Of a DNA stretch of 64,000 bases, positions 29,501 through 40,898 are shown piece after piece (the stretch's first letter is position 1; the number at the start of each line of letters is the position of its first letter). The position numbers and the translations under genes were made by a program. Source of the DNA: a virus; IMG/VR virus record IMGVR_UViG_3300027976_000027, positions 7,405 through 71,404 of that record. One strand, 5' to 3'. A model generated the notes under the pieces. That model made no database searches. It was given only the letters and a program-made list of their open reading frames with translations, and had not been told where the DNA came from.

Positions 29501-32205
29501 GCCCCAGAATAGACAGCATTTGAATTTTGAGTTGGTTCATAAATTTGTGTGTGTGGAGGGTCAATAACTGGTACAAGTTCGTCTGGAGTAGCTTCAACGT
29601 GTTCTTTATAAAAAGCCTCACGCGAAAGAGTTGCAGAATATCTTGCCTCTACATTCGCTGTCCAACTTGCACTAAAAGAATTAGAAGATTCTTTTGAGCT
29701 TACATAAGAATTGAATATAGAAAAATTGAACGGATAAGCCTTATAAGTATTGATGGTGGAAATTGATTTATTTAAAAAATCATTTACTTCTTTATCAGAA
29801 GATTTATACATTCTATCTCTTATGACATAAGGGCCAAAACCTCCAGGGATAACAAACTGTGGAGAAGGAGAATTAGTGTAGGCGTAGAGAGTTGAATCTA
29901 TAGTATCCGCATCTAGCTTATATAACGTATAAGATGTCGGTATTTCCTCAACATCTTCAGATGTATAGTCCTTCTCTACTCTAACCGCATTAGCTATGAT
30001 CGCATCTGGATTAGTAATCTCTACATAAAAAGTGATATTACTTAAGTCTATCTCTTGTGTAGAAAGACTGTATTGGTCTGGGAGATAGTCATATACAGAT
30101 GATCTATAGTAATCTATTATCGAATTATTTTTTGGAATTAAACTTTTACAATATTTTACCGTCCCTATTGAATCAATATTGTTTAGCTTTATGGGGCTAT
30201 AGATTTCTTTTTTCTCGTCTTCTAAAAGTGCATTACCGTTTATGACAAACGATGAATCCCATTTTGAAACATGGTAGTACATAGATGATCTAACATCTTT
30301 TGTTTTTGTCGAAAAGATTCTAGCTAACAAAGCTACCGAAACAGCGTTATAGAGTAGCTTAAACGGACCCTCTATTGCCGCCACAACATTAAATGGATTC
30401 TCCTCAATGGAAGCTACTCCACTATTTGCAGTGCTTATATCGAAAAAGGAAGAAGGTTGATACAGATCATTGCAATATTTGAGGAATTGAGCAGTAGAAG
30501 CTAGTATCGATCCTTTCGCTAAGGCATCTGTATAAGGAGCAAATTCCAGACTAACAAATATTGGGTTACCTCTAGAGTTTTTTAAAACTATATTACTAGG
30601 AGACAAAGACCCAGTAAATTCTTTGCAGATTTTTTTAGTAGATATATCTGACAGATTACTTCTACCAAATATAGAATAGACTCTATGATTAACTCCGTCA
30701 ACGGTTAGAGTTTCAAAAACAGTCTCATCAATTTTCCAAGCATTATGTTTATTCTCATCGATAAAAATATTTGTTGGATTGTAAGTCCAGGAGTCCAAAG
30801 CATATTCTAGAGAGCTAACAGATAAACTAGGATCTATACTTTCTGCTCCACTTGGTATTCTAGAAAGATCTAAGATCAGCGTGCCCTGGCTTATCTCTGT
30901 ATATCTCTTTATTTTTGCGCCTTGCTCTGTCGTTAGAGTAGCTGTAGGGGACCAAGCCAAGACATCATACTGATCTAAATCTGTTGCAGAAACCTCATCT
31001 ATATTCAACAACCAATACAAAGCGTTCTGCTTTGGTGTTCCTATCATTTTTGGATTTTGAAAAAGATAACCAGAAAGATTAAATGGAGACTGTTCGAGCC
31101 TATAGAACACATATGGATTAGCAGAAGAATAATCTCTTCCGGCTTCCATTATCGGGAATGCACTAGCCGATGATAGCACTGCGCAATTAACAACTTTCTG
31201 TTTTATATTTGATTCCGAATCTAGTTCTTCTCCATTGTTAACGCTTGAAACATCTACTGATTTTTTTATTTTAGCTATTAGTCTCCAGTTAAAAGACTCA
31301 TAAGTTCTGCTATCCGAAAGACCTTTTTTGGGTACAAAAATTTCAAATCCATCTGCGTTAGTGTTCGTGCTAGCTATCATATTATTTTTTGATGATAAAG
31401 ATTTTCTTGCAAATATTTTTTTCTTCCTAGAAGAATTGTCTACTACAAAAGATTCCTCAGCTACTCTACTGAACAGGCTAACTGTATTGATATTCTCCCT
31501 ATACTGTGGCACTACTGAGCTTATCGAAGAGGTCGAGGAAAGAGAAACTTTATCATATACCAATCTCAGGTCTACTGGGTTTGGGCTATCGAATAAAACC
31601 ACTACTTTTGATGGCACTGCTGTGCGGTCAGAATAAAGACTAAGTGGCATTTGCTCTATTAAAATTCTATACTTCTTATCACCAGTGTTTGGATCTAGAT
31701 AGTCGTATCCGTTTTGATCTAATACTTTTATGGAAAAAGGAATTTTTGACATTTCGACAAAATCATCTAGACTATTAAAGCCATAAGAATTTCTTGGAAG
31801 AAGTGTATAATATCTAGATATATAATAAGAATGAATAAAATTATTTTTCTTAATATCGTTTATGTGATATCTTTTATCGAATGCCTGATCCGACAAAAAT
31901 ATATCACTAACACTGATATCGTCAGAGTCGAATACTGTATTACCATCAGAATCTTCTAGCATGCCGAGCTCATTAGCAAATACTAATTTATTTTTAGCCC
32001 TATTGTTTGATGCCCCTATATCAGAAGAATAGGAATTTTCTGGAGTAAAATTAGAAAGATCAGTTATCGAGATATTATTAGATGGAGTAACCTGCTTTGA
32101 GGAGAACCAGGCTAAAGCCATACTAGAATCATCTAAGGGTAGATTGTTTACCTTTCTTACTTTCCCCTGTATACTCCCATCTATTTTATGGTCAAATTTT
32201 TTCAC
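26497..32205 (-). CDS. large virion protein with an internal peptidoglycan-binding (PG_binding_1-like) domain
   Basis: 1902 aa. YIQISLREYG...YNAATFNAVKAFQ...NGTVDSET matches the PGBD pattern. Confidence 0.65.
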   Translation of the reverse strand: MKKFDHKIDGSIQGKVRKVNNLPLDDSSMALAWFSSKQVTPSNNISITDLSNFTPENSYSSDIGASNNRAKNKLVFANELGMLEDSDGNTVFDSDDISVSDIFLSDQAFDKRYHINDIKKNNFIHSYYISRYYTLLPRNSYGFNSLDDFVEMSKIPFSIKVLDQNGYDYLDPNTGDKKYRILIEQMPLSLYSDRTAVPSKVVVLFDSPNPVDLRLVYDKVSLSSTSSISSVVPQYRENINTVSLFSRVAEESFVVDNSSRKKKIFARKSLSSKNNMIASTNTNADGFEIFVPKKGLSDSRTYESFNWRLIAKIKKSVDVSSVNNGEELDSESNIKQKVVNCAVLSSASAFPIMEAGRDYSSANPYVFYRLEQSPFNLSGYLFQNPKMIGTPKQNALYWLLNIDEVSATDLDQYDVLAWSPTATLTTEQGAKIKRYTEISQGTLILDLSRIPSGAESIDPSLSVSSLEYALDSWTYNPTNIFIDENKHNAWKIDETVFETLTVDGVNHRVYSIFGRSNLSDISTKKICKEFTGSLSPSNIVLKNSRGNPIFVSLEFAPYTDALAKGSILASTAQFLKYCNDLYQPSSFFDISTANSGVASIEENPFNVVAAIEGPFKLLYNAVSVALLARIFSTKTKDVRSSMYYHVSKWDSSFVINGNALLEDEKKEIYSPIKLNNIDSIGTVKYCKSLIPKNNSIIDYYRSSVYDYLPDQYSLSTQEIDLSNITFYVEITNPDAIIANAVRVEKDYTSEDVEEIPTSYTLYKLDADTIDSTLYAYTNSPSPQFVIPGGFGPYVIRDRMYKSSDKEVNDFLNKSISTINTYKAYPFNFSIFNSYVSSKESSNSFSASWTANVEARYSATLSREAFYKEHVEATPDELVPVIDPPHTQIYEPTQNSNAVYSGADRRTNIVNSTDPANSYLYTGDIQAGNTTKQFVQGMLTPLNYINYIQISLREYGIVCPITGSGIGYNAATFNAVKAFQVQEDARFKNGTVDSETKSLLAIHVWKKIKSSDPVRYQAILARVAANKALPAGVVKFIIAAADAIELHELPSRDWNYRKVTFTGLTGPSTLIDTIWVAAPSDQLGVATNVKVLDLSITTGAFAGATSYKGISIKEIKCYPAGSSTGTVVQGILNYTTGVIKVVVDKPIAECAVFSIRFSGALLGGSFGSYTEGYSIQRIAFNMGYNAIRQKLTLGSSAYDIFGYKPETQTKDVIIKYVIQGKVENISPNKGEIIDISGIKSVKFATTPISMLYPTWSGEMSLDLTATKIDFSDIKYSPAFTPFIGGNVATISQSGVANSSPQFKDESITIDLTSSREIDLLEASLLVSDVFGSTNNPVSSSSIFVSAINNIITFETSTQIYENSKVLKSTEKLLDTFWLLKADGSVIKQSKNTVTVLDGLTLLCQPSSDPSKIGKPYGIEIKNFAMSLLDTEEFNVDYGSIILINNVPDNGGFVYGFYDKNKKEFLGTNLYYIDYISRGPDNIYIGVLAIDADGNTSSNIDFFGPKTSSRFIPSNVPVKIACPIYNLEYNSSSRIGLSSIPPNLKKTQQWPLYFTAGSFTKDIYINPVYGWTSWLSKYVGKTLRATYSTLDIDSAIWSQIAGRPYIDVLDEVPTVLSNRRVQLSQTPIATFREPSNTVVGVIKNWVSFEKRDNINSKWELVESNLIRNINCNTGIVDFVTPLSDDPNLIRVSYTAKATGIPIKQVSGAPIPINPFLNRDLVDTEKALHIYINPSRIEVRSSENNAYTWDYVSEHPYGPVIDFTYDTNIFDYYNSTEYDPFAMQIALIHVLNSVDIKDVRLEDLRLKGGGLKATLGKTINVKSYGALDLDKVLVDIPEAISFWDIYPSDQESYPKGGYVIIQIPRSVLENFNNEEEIYSIIDKNITAGVAYKIQDMDGKDWARIR

Positions 32206-32207
32206 AA

Positions 32208-35200
32208 TTAATCCTCATAATCTTTTATAAGCCCAGAATAGTTACCGATTTGATATGGTGTTGAACCCAGATACCCAGCCTGATATTGTTCATATCTAGA
32301 CACAGGCAACCACACTGGTGGCTTCCATCTAGGTGTAGAGCCAGTTAGATCCACTAAGTCTTCATTATAGTAACTAATGCTAAAGCTTGGAGTCGCATAT
32401 AAGTCTAAAGATTTATCTGGATCGAAATTAATAATATCAGGGATCCTTAAGCCATCAACATAATTTATGTCTATGTTATCATAAGTCTCATTCCAATAAA
32501 CTATATCCCCAATCATTGGTGTTGCGCTATCTCTAGCGGTTGACTCCAATTCTGATTCCACCACCATAAACCAATAACCCGGAGTGGCCCTATCCTGAGA
32601 CTGTATAGGACCTATCTGGAATCTGCCATTTTCATCAGAATAAACTATACCTGCAGTAGTTTGGGACGTTGGGGCTGTAGTATCTATTGAGTACAAGGAA
32701 GATTGTAGTATCGGATAAATTTCTCTATCTTTTCTCCAATATATAACTTTGTTAGATTGTGGGATATTGCTTGTTGTTATAATGCCGGACACTATAACTG
32801 AAGAAATCCCGTCTGCGTTTATGGAAATTGGGTTAGACAAAGCTGATAGATCTGAGCTAAATGATTTATTCGAATAGATTTCAAAATTTTTCTCTGTAAG
32901 AAAATTACTAGAGTCACTATCTATATGCGCCTCTAAATCTTGTGGATAGGAAATACCAGTCACCAATAATGAGGATGATAGCTGCATTGACACAGCTGAT
33001 AGACCGGCAAATCTTGCATTTGTAGAAGCGAAGCCTTCATCATCTGTTGTCAGTATTTCTTTATCAAAAATTAAATCTGGATTTGATAATCTAAAACTTT
33101 GGTTTGGTTTAGGATTTTTTTCAATATCCGAAGAATAAATAGATATAGTCATATAGTCTTGTTTGTCGTCCATTACATAAGAAGGGGATAATGTAACGGC
33201 TGCTGTATTAAATACATAAAGTTTACTAGATACTATTATGTATCCTTCATCTAAAAATGAAGTTGTGTCACCAAAGTCTAATGAGACTGGAGTGGAGCTT
33301 CCATCAATTGAGGATTCGTAAACAATTTCGTAATCTAAATCAGAATTTGGTGTTGCATCAAAGACAATTCTTGAATAATAATCTAAATCATTTAATACGT
33401 TATCTAAAAAGTATGAATTTTTTACCCTATATCTTACTTTATAATTTCTATCTCTAGATATAGTATATGGTGAATTTGGAGTTGCGGTAAAATAAGAATC
33501 TGGTGATTCAAAATCGGTTATTATTACCTCTCCGGTCAAGCCATCTACAACGGAAATATCATAAATGTTTTTATATCCAAGATTAAATAGATATGAATTA
33601 TCGATTGAGTTATACCTTGGTTTAATATCTTCGGTATTATAAAAGCCAAATTCTCTAGGGGTGGCCTCATCTGGAAAAGCTGTTTCCACAAAGTGTACGG
33701 GTGTTGAATCATTATAGACATTCAAAGATACAGGTGCACCCTGCCTAGGGACCGATGGTAATTCTACTTGCTTTAACATCCCACTGAAAACAGATCTTTG
33801 AGGTTTTGCGTATATGTAATAGTCATTATTATCCAAGTTTATCCAACCGGTATTTATTCTTACTTCTAGTTTTGAATCATAGAGTTTACCCTTAACGATA
33901 AAGTTGGTAAATGTAGTTGTATTTCTTGATAAGTCGTAAGATTCTATTACTGAATTTCTTGGATAATTAATTTTCTTAGTAGTGTATATATCATTGTTAA
34001 TTATAGAATCTATATTATCTTTTTCTAAAACATAAGATCTATTTAAGAATGGATTTATTATTTTTTGTTCCGACCAAATAGATACGTCTAATTCAGCAGG
34101 GTCGATTACGCGCATGCTTTCAAAAAAGTATTCGAATTTATCCACTCCAGAAAGTCCAAAACTTTCTCTGGTTAATTCTGGGACCAAAATTGAATCATCA
34201 TTTTTCCCTGGAATATATTCACCGTATATTGGATTATAGCGAACAACTCCATCTTCATTTATGTAACCAGAAATACTAGGAGATGCTGGTAGAGTAAAAG
34301 GTTCCCATTCTATGGTAGTGAATGGATATGCGCCAGCATCAACTGTCTCAAGCTCTAACTTATTTGGCGTAGATCCATATAGGTATTCGACATTCGTGAA
34401 ATAGTAGTTTGCCGTTGCTGCTCCATCTACTATAGAAGTACTCCCAATTTGAGCAGTTGATGTTGGAGTAGATAGATCTGAGCCATAATACCTAAGTGTT
34501 ATATTAGGAGATGACGGCACAAAGATATCTTCATCTGCCTCTAGATAATGTGCATACCCGCCAAAGCCAGTATATTGGTTATTCTCTGATACGGAATCTC
34601 CGCTTAAACCTTGCGTTGGTTTAATGTTGTTAACATAAATATATTTTGGCGTTGCGCCCTCTGGCATTATTATATTTTGCATCATTGTATCATGGTCTAA
34701 CTCAAACGTAGATGGAGGTGTAGCGACATCGTTAAGCATACTTTCTAGAGAATGCACTGGCGTATATCCGATTCTTTGAATTGGATCATACAACTTAGAT
34801 TGTACTTGTAAAAACGTACTCTGTGAAAAGTTCGGAGTTGCAGAAAGTCCAGATCCTAAATATTCTATTGAATCATTTCTATGGGAAAATTTAGCTATAA
34901 AGTCGTCGTTCAGGTTTGGCGTTGCATAAGTGGAACCATTCCACAAGCCATTTTTTATAGTTATATTTAAAATATTTTTTATATCTAAACGTGAACTGGT
35001 AATACCATTTATAGTATTTGAATATGGAATAGTATCTTGTCCTATAACTGGATAAATAGTAGAAACAAAACCTTCTGTATCAAAAATTTCTCTAGAAAAA
35101 TATTCAGGGCTTGCAGGATGACCAGGACTAAAATTGTTTTTAGGATTAATTATAAATGGAGCAACAAATATAGTAGGGGAAGTATAGATACCATGTGGGG

Positions 35201-36993
35201 TAGCACTAAACTCTAATGTTAGATTAACAGTTGCTGCTTGGTTTTCCCAAGCTGTTTTTTCATAAGATGCATAATATTCATACGCAACTTTTACTGGATC
35301 ATATTTTATAGCGGTTCCGATCTTTTTCTTTCCGCTAGCTACAATTTCCGTATTGAAATATTTTGGGGTAGCATCAAAATTAACTATCGAAATCTTAGCG
35401 TCTGAGAGATCTCCAACTCCAGGCTGATAATATGGTATTTGGATATCGTCATCATAGTATCTTGAACGTAATCTATTTATGCCACCAGCTTCCGATCCTG
35501 CATAATCCCAAATACTATCGTCAAAAGTAAAGTATCCCCAATTAGTTGGATATCTAATGTTTAAATCTTTTACAAAATTTTTGAATGAAGTCGTTGGGTT
35601 ACCATTAATATCAAAATATGATAAAGAATTTTCTATATCTGACATCTCTAAGACTTCCGGCGTTGCACCAGGGTTTTCGTATGGAGGCGTTTCCCCAAAA
35701 GCTTTCCAAAGATTTAACTCTCTTCTAAGAGTTTTCTTAAATGCATCTACATTAGAACCAATCGGATTCTTAAATACGTCTAGAATTCTTGCCTTAAAGG
35801 AAATGTTAGATTCTAGATAAAGTCTGCCCAACCCTACTCTAAATCCAAATTCGTCAAACCAATTAAATTTTTGTATCGGGGTTTGGTCTAAAGTTTCGTT
35901 ACTGGAATATTCGCTTTTCACATATATGCTTTGAAATTTCTTTAATGTTAGTATTTCTCTGTTAAGCGGATTATGGTAGAAAATATAATCAGTCGGCCTA
36001 GACCTATAGAAATCGACAAGATTATCTACGCGAGCTAATTCAACGTTATTACCAATAATTTTATTAAATGTATTTTTTACGTTAGTTGATAGATAAATCC
36101 AGTCTAATTGATTTTCATCTGCCCTATCGATAAAAGAGTTTATTCTGTAGATGTCTATTTCTCTGTCAAAGTTATCTAGAGTTTCACCAACAACAGCATT
36201 TAAGAATTTACCAGCAGTAGACTTAGGCTCGAATAGATTTGGAGTTGCCTGATCGACAGAGTCCTCAGTCATCGACATCCATGAGGGGAATCTTTTAAGT
36301 ATATTTTTTACTGCTCTGCTTAAAACTGGGCTTGTTGAGTCAGATATAGCTATCTCTATTAATAGTAGAAAATTTAATACATTTATATCCTCTACTTCAG
36401 TATCAATAGTCACTACGAATTTAGCATACCTTTTTACATTTTTTGATAGAAGTATGGAACCAAGGGCATCTGAAGCTGCCGTGCTAGATAAGAGCCATGG
36501 TCCGATTAGGGGAGTCTGATTCGTGTATCTCTAAAGTAAATGTGATTGACTCTATGCTATTCAAAGAGCTGGAAAAGGCGCCTTTGAAAGTTCTCACATC
36601 TATACGCGAAGAAGTATCTATGAACCTATAGAGATATTCCTCTGTCGAATCTGCAGTGAATATAGGCGTAGCACTATTATCTGGATTAAAGATTATTGTT
36701 CCATCATGGCTTATATCAACATCGAATATTAGGTGCGGGCTTATTGCATCATCTATAAATAATTCTCCATAATTAGTGACTGCGTATGAACCTTCTATGG
36801 TTGGGGTTGCGTCTTCTATTATTTTTGTTCCGGTAAAGGTATAATCACCTAGTGAATTAAGTCCAGTCGTGGACTTCGTATAGGAGAAATTCTTATAATA
36901 CTTATTCGAGTATAGGTCAATAGAACTTGATGTCCATACCTTTTGTTCTTTAACAAAATCGCCATTGTTAAAGCTCAACAAATAAGTTTTCAT
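32208..36993 (-). CDS. large baseplate/tail protein (1594 aa) requiring one +1 shift at CGG 36502-36504
   Basis: Joins 36484..36993 to 32208..36413 through an open bridge GPWLLSSTAASDALGS...KFVVTID. Contains the baseplate-wedge-like FDEFG..VGL.R..ESN..FK.RI. Ala-Thr-Pro repeats occur on both sides of the break. Confidence 0.75.
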
Positions 36994-37003
36994 TTATTAG
37001 CCC

Positions 37004-38212
37004 CTAAATTGCGTCTAGCCAAATGCTGTACTCACACGTCACTCCATTTTCTGGGTGGACAAACATAAGATGTTGGCATGGTCTGCTCATTGAAGAAAAA
37101 TATTCTTGGGCATAGGTGTTAAAGCTTTCTGTAGAACCAGATATTCTCAAAGTGGAACTGCCTATGGTCATCTTGGCCTGTTGATGGTAGTGACCCATAA
37201 ATACATCTTGGAAATCCTCAGGAATGGCTCCATCTTTCCAGCCCATTACCTTCCTATAGTAACTGGCAATAGCATTAGGTGAAGGCATCTGATCGCCGTG
37301 TATCAACAAAGAGCGATAATCGCCTATCGCATCAACAGCATACCAATGTCGTTCTCCTCTACCATCTGGAATATTGAAAGATATTCTTGGTTCATTTCTG
37401 AACATCATTTGTACAATTTTGTATAGGAGTCTATCCATATTTGTTTCTGGATCATGTAATTTTCTATTTTTTCCGCCAACAGCCCCGTGGTTTCCTATCA
37501 CGCCAGTGACATGAATGTGCTCAAAATGTTGTAACGCTGTAGTAAAAAATTTTGATAAGATCTCTGGTCCATTAATGCCGACTTGCCTATATAAACCAGA
37601 GTCAATCAAATGAGATTGTCCAGGGAATATCTCTTCCCCTTCTACAATGTCACCCAAAAACCACACATGTAAATTTTTTACTGGATGATGCCTTCTTTGT
37701 ATTCCCGTTATCTCTATTAATTTTTCTGTATATAGTTCAATTCTTTCAGCAAGTACGTCAGAATTATAGTCCGGTGTTATCTTTCCCATCTGCCAATCTG
37801 CAAAAACGGCTACTGCAGTTTCCCCAGTGCCTGGCATATTCTTAATTACTGGTTTCTTGATTGGTGGCATTTCGAAACTAGAGAACGCATCAAATGCTGC
37901 TTGATAAACCGATAAAACAGCTTCTTCTTTTACATTTTTATGCTTATCGGCTAGCTTGGCTAAGCGCCTATTTTCTGATCTTAAGTATGCTGATCCATCA
38001 GCTGCAGTCGCATCATGAGTATCTAAGGCAGTTTGTGCCTGTTCTTCTATGTCATCCCATGTGATCTTATCCAGGGCTTCATCTATAGAACAAGTGTCGT
38101 GCAGTACTTCTCCAGGAAAGTCGTCATAACCCTCGGAAACCATTCTTGCATGGGTCATATTTTTAGCTCTTACTATCTGTTTTCTAATAACAGTATAATT
38201 CATTTCAGACAT
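37004..38212 (-). CDS. calcineurin-like metallophosphoesterase
   Basis: ADWQ, LGDIVEG, GNHG, HGD and GHYH motifs. Confidence 0.88.
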   Translation of the reverse strand: MSEMNYTVIRKQIVRAKNMTHARMVSEGYDDFPGEVLHDTCSIDEALDKITWDDIEEQAQTALDTHDATAADGSAYLRSENRRLAKLADKHKNVKEEAVLSVYQAAFDAFSSFEMPPIKKPVIKNMPGTGETAVAVFADWQMGKITPDYNSDVLAERIELYTEKLIEITGIQRRHHPVKNLHVWFLGDIVEGEEIFPGQSHLIDSGLYRQVGINGPEILSKFFTTALQHFEHIHVTGVIGNHGAVGGKNRKLHDPETNMDRLLYKIVQMMFRNEPRISFNIPDGRGERHWYAVDAIGDYRSLLIHGDQMPSPNAIASYYRKVMGWKDGAIPEDFQDVFMGHYHQQAKMTIGSSTLRISGSTESFNTYAQEYFSSMSRPCQHLMFVHPENGVTCEYSIWLDAI

Positions 38213-38225
38213 GGGAAAACCTCTT

Positions 38226-39395
38226 CTAATAATTTGATGTTCCCATTATAACAGAGTATAGGCTAAGAGAGCCCGATGCCATGTAACTTTTATCATCAGA
38301 AAGTCTATAATCTTTATTCGGGATATTTTTATTATCAACTTTTATGGAGTCAACGATAACCGATATAATAACTTCAGAAGACATTTTCATCTGTCTTTCT
38401 ATCTCAGAGATAGACACAGAACCGCCTATAGACAAAGAGTTTAAGTATCTGTTGAGAAATATTCTAGCTTGATTTTCAACACCTCTTGCCAAAGTAGTTG
38501 ATGTACCCTCTCTCAGAATTAATGATGCTGAAACATCTATCAATTTTTTAGTTGCTATTCTTATATTTAGATTTATACCAACTGGTTTGATGGTCTGTAC
38601 TGACGCATAAACTAATTGGCTCATTGTGGATATTCCTGATTGGGTCTCAGGTACGACTATTAACTCTGCTGAACCTATACCATGGGAAGCATCCCTGACC
38701 TTTGCATCTTTAACGCCCTTTACCCCTAGTGCGGCAAATCTTATTGATTCTGCAGTTCCAGAAGCGGAACCTCTAACTGAAGATATTATTCTTCTTCTAA
38801 AATTATCATCTGATTCAGAATTTAAACTACTATAAACTTCTTTTGGATTATTACAAAAGACTACGACACCAGGAGGCCCAATAAAGTTATGTTTAACTAG
38901 AGTATTTCTTCCTGCAGTTATATTGTTATCGGAGAATTTTGCCTTTACGGCTCCATAAGCTCTAGTATTTCCTGCTGGGATTACTACAGCTCCAGTTACC
39001 TCATAGGCATATTGTATCGTAGAGAAAGTTGTTACGTCATTGTAAACTAATGTACCCGATGGGATAATAACATCTGTCACATTTGTTGTATTCAGGAAAA
39101 ATTCTATATTAGCCGTAGACCTTTCTACCGCCAAATCTGTATATATCGTTCTTCTTTGGACGCTATACAGTGCACCTATCATGTCAAGATTGTTCCCAGA
39201 AGCAGTTGACAAATTTGACTGCTCAATACTTATCTTTAATGAATTGTATAAATCATTAATTTCTGAATGGATTGCTTCTGCAAATGCTCTAGCGATTGAT
39301 CCTGGAGATATAGAGGTAATTCCTACTGTTTTCTGTAAGCTATCTAACGTAGCGATAAGCATTTGTTCTTTTGTTTTTAAGTTTAAAGTTACCAT
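38226..39395 (-). CDS. baseplate J-like wedge protein
   Basis: ASGNNLDMIG...R, IPSGT, ESDDNFRRRI, GTAESI and GVKDA. Indicates a contractile-tail baseplate. Confidence 0.85.
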   Translation of the reverse strand: MVTLNLKTKEQMLIATLDSLQKTVGITSISPGSIARAFAEAIHSEINDLYNSLKISIEQSNLSTASGNNLDMIGALYSVQRRTIYTDLAVERSTANIEFFLNTTNVTDVIIPSGTLVYNDVTTFSTIQYAYEVTGAVVIPAGNTRAYGAVKAKFSDNNITAGRNTLVKHNFIGPPGVVVFCNNPKEVYSSLNSESDDNFRRRIISSVRGSASGTAESIRFAALGVKGVKDAKVRDASHGIGSAELIVVPETQSGISTMSQLVYASVQTIKPVGINLNIRIATKKLIDVSASLILREGTSTTLARGVENQARIFLNRYLNSLSIGGSVSISEIERQMKMSSEVIISVIVDSIKVDNKNIPNKDYRLSDDKSYMASGSLSLYSVIMGTSNY

Positions 39396-39396
39396 A

Positions 39397-39777
39397 TTAT
39401 ACTCCTAGATCCTGCGTTATGGAAAGAACTGTCGGCTCATTGTAATCGCCTATCATGTATATGTCAAATCTAATAGAATCTGCAGACGTAGGCACTGCCT
39501 CAATAGTAATCTGTCTATTCCTGAATACGCCCTCTCTCTCCAGAGCTGCTCTTATCAATCTTTTACCAAACTCGCCAGTTTGAGTGCTTTGGGGCATTCC
39601 ATAAAGCATCGATAATTGTGTGCCCAACTGTGGATAAATATAAAAGTCACCAGGCTCAGTCATCAGCCTGATATAGGCATGTTGAATATCCTTTTGGGAT
39701 TGATCCTGGACTAGGGCTATATCTCCATTGCCTGTAACAAGTAGGTCACCATCTAAGGTGAGATAAAAATCTGGCAC
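39397..39777 (-). CDS. gp25/GPW-like baseplate wedge protein
   Basis: GDIALV..RLMTEPG..YPQLGT pattern, directly upstream of the baseplate J gene. Confidence 0.75.
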   Translation of the reverse strand: MPDFYLTLDGDLLVTGNGDIALVQDQSQKDIQHAYIRLMTEPGDFYIYPQLGTQLSMLYGMPQSTQTGEFGKRLIRAALEREGVFRNRQITIEAVPTSADSIRFDIYMIGDYNEPTVLSITQDLGV

Positions 39778-39778
39778 A

Positions 39779-40522
39779 TTACTCCTTTATACCCTGGGAT
39801 GTCATAGATTCTTTTAACATTTCAAAAATAGTATTCAGATAAATAGATATACCGCTAAGAGTATTCCCTGAGTTAGGGTTCTTACTTTTTTGATCTTTGA
39901 TTAAATTAATAAATTCTTCTAAATTTTTGTTTAAATGTAGTTTAATATTTTCTCCGTTTGAATCCCAAAAGGACTGAATGTATTTTATTTCCTCTTTAGT
40001 GAAACCGGTATAGACATTATCTTCCGCAAACCTGCCAGTATCAACCACTGAGTTATCGGTAGTAACATTATAAGTAGGATCGTCACTAATAGTAATGGTT
40101 TGTTGGGTTTCTTCTTCTTCTAACTTTTGTAAATTATTAATATAATCATCTAAATTTAAATAAGCTGGATTATATGATTTAATATCAGAATTGACCAATG
40201 CTGGCTCGGCATATGAGGTGGCAGAATGGTTGAAATCCATCCCATTCCATTTTAGTCCATCTTCTTTAGTGAAGAATTTGATGTTTTCAGCGAACAAAGA
40301 AATGCTTCTGGTTGCTCCATTTATGACTATTCCAACACCTGGGGCGGCAAAAATTTCTATATCACCAGAATCTGTTAATCTTATAAAAGAACTACTATCA
40401 GGATGATTAAGGCCGACTTCCCTATTAGAGAATGTTTTTCTTCTTACCATCTCATCAATTTCAGAAACGGTTTTGCCTACAGAGGATTCATTTAAATTTC
40501 TGCCACTATTTTTGTTAGCCAT
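39779..40522 (-). CDS. putative baseplate hub/spike-associated protein
   Basis: Gene position and short beta repeats (SFIRLTDSGDIEI). Confidence 0.45.
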   Translation of the reverse strand: MANKNSGRNLNESSVGKTVSEIDEMVRRKTFSNREVGLNHPDSSSFIRLTDSGDIEIFAAPGVGIVINGATRSISLFAENIKFFTKEDGLKWNGMDFNHSATSYAEPALVNSDIKSYNPAYLNLDDYINNLQKLEEEETQQTITISDDPTYNVTTDNSVVDTGRFAEDNVYTGFTKEEIKYIQSFWDSNGENIKLHLNKNLEEFINLIKDQKSKNPNSGNTLSGISIYLNTIFEMLKESMTSQGIKE

Positions 40523-40524
40523 AT

Positions 40525-40887
40525 TTACACCAAGAACTTAGGTATCCCGGTATTAACGGAATAGTTAGGCATTTGTTTTCCTGTGGGGTTTGCTTCATCT
40601 ATATACGAAAGTATATACGGATACCTCTCATTGCCGTCAGTAAAGCCTACAAGGCATCTAGAGCCAGCAGTAGGGGCTACTGACTGGATCCCCTGTATTG
40701 AGGGACATGGTACATCTCTGATAATATTTCCTATTTGATTAGTCATTCTATCATCCAATACTATCACTACTGTATTGTTTGTTTTCTTGAAAGACATGAC
40801 TGTACCTAGTCTAGTTTTAGACTGTTGCAATCGATTATCAAGTATATGTGAATTTAATTTTTCATCAAATTTTGGATAATGTTTCAT
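40525..40887 (-). CDS. gpV/gp5 OB-fold-like baseplate protein
   Basis: G.V...VP.P...G....P..G..CLVGF..G..P pattern and gene position. Confidence 0.55.
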   Translation of the reverse strand: MKHYPKFDEKLNSHILDNRLQQSKTRLGTVMSFKKTNNTVVIVLDDRMTNQIGNIIRDVPCPSIQGIQSVAPTAGSRCLVGFTDGNERYPYILSYIDEANPTGKQMPNYSVNTGIPKFLV

Positions 40888-40898
40888 AAATACCTTTC

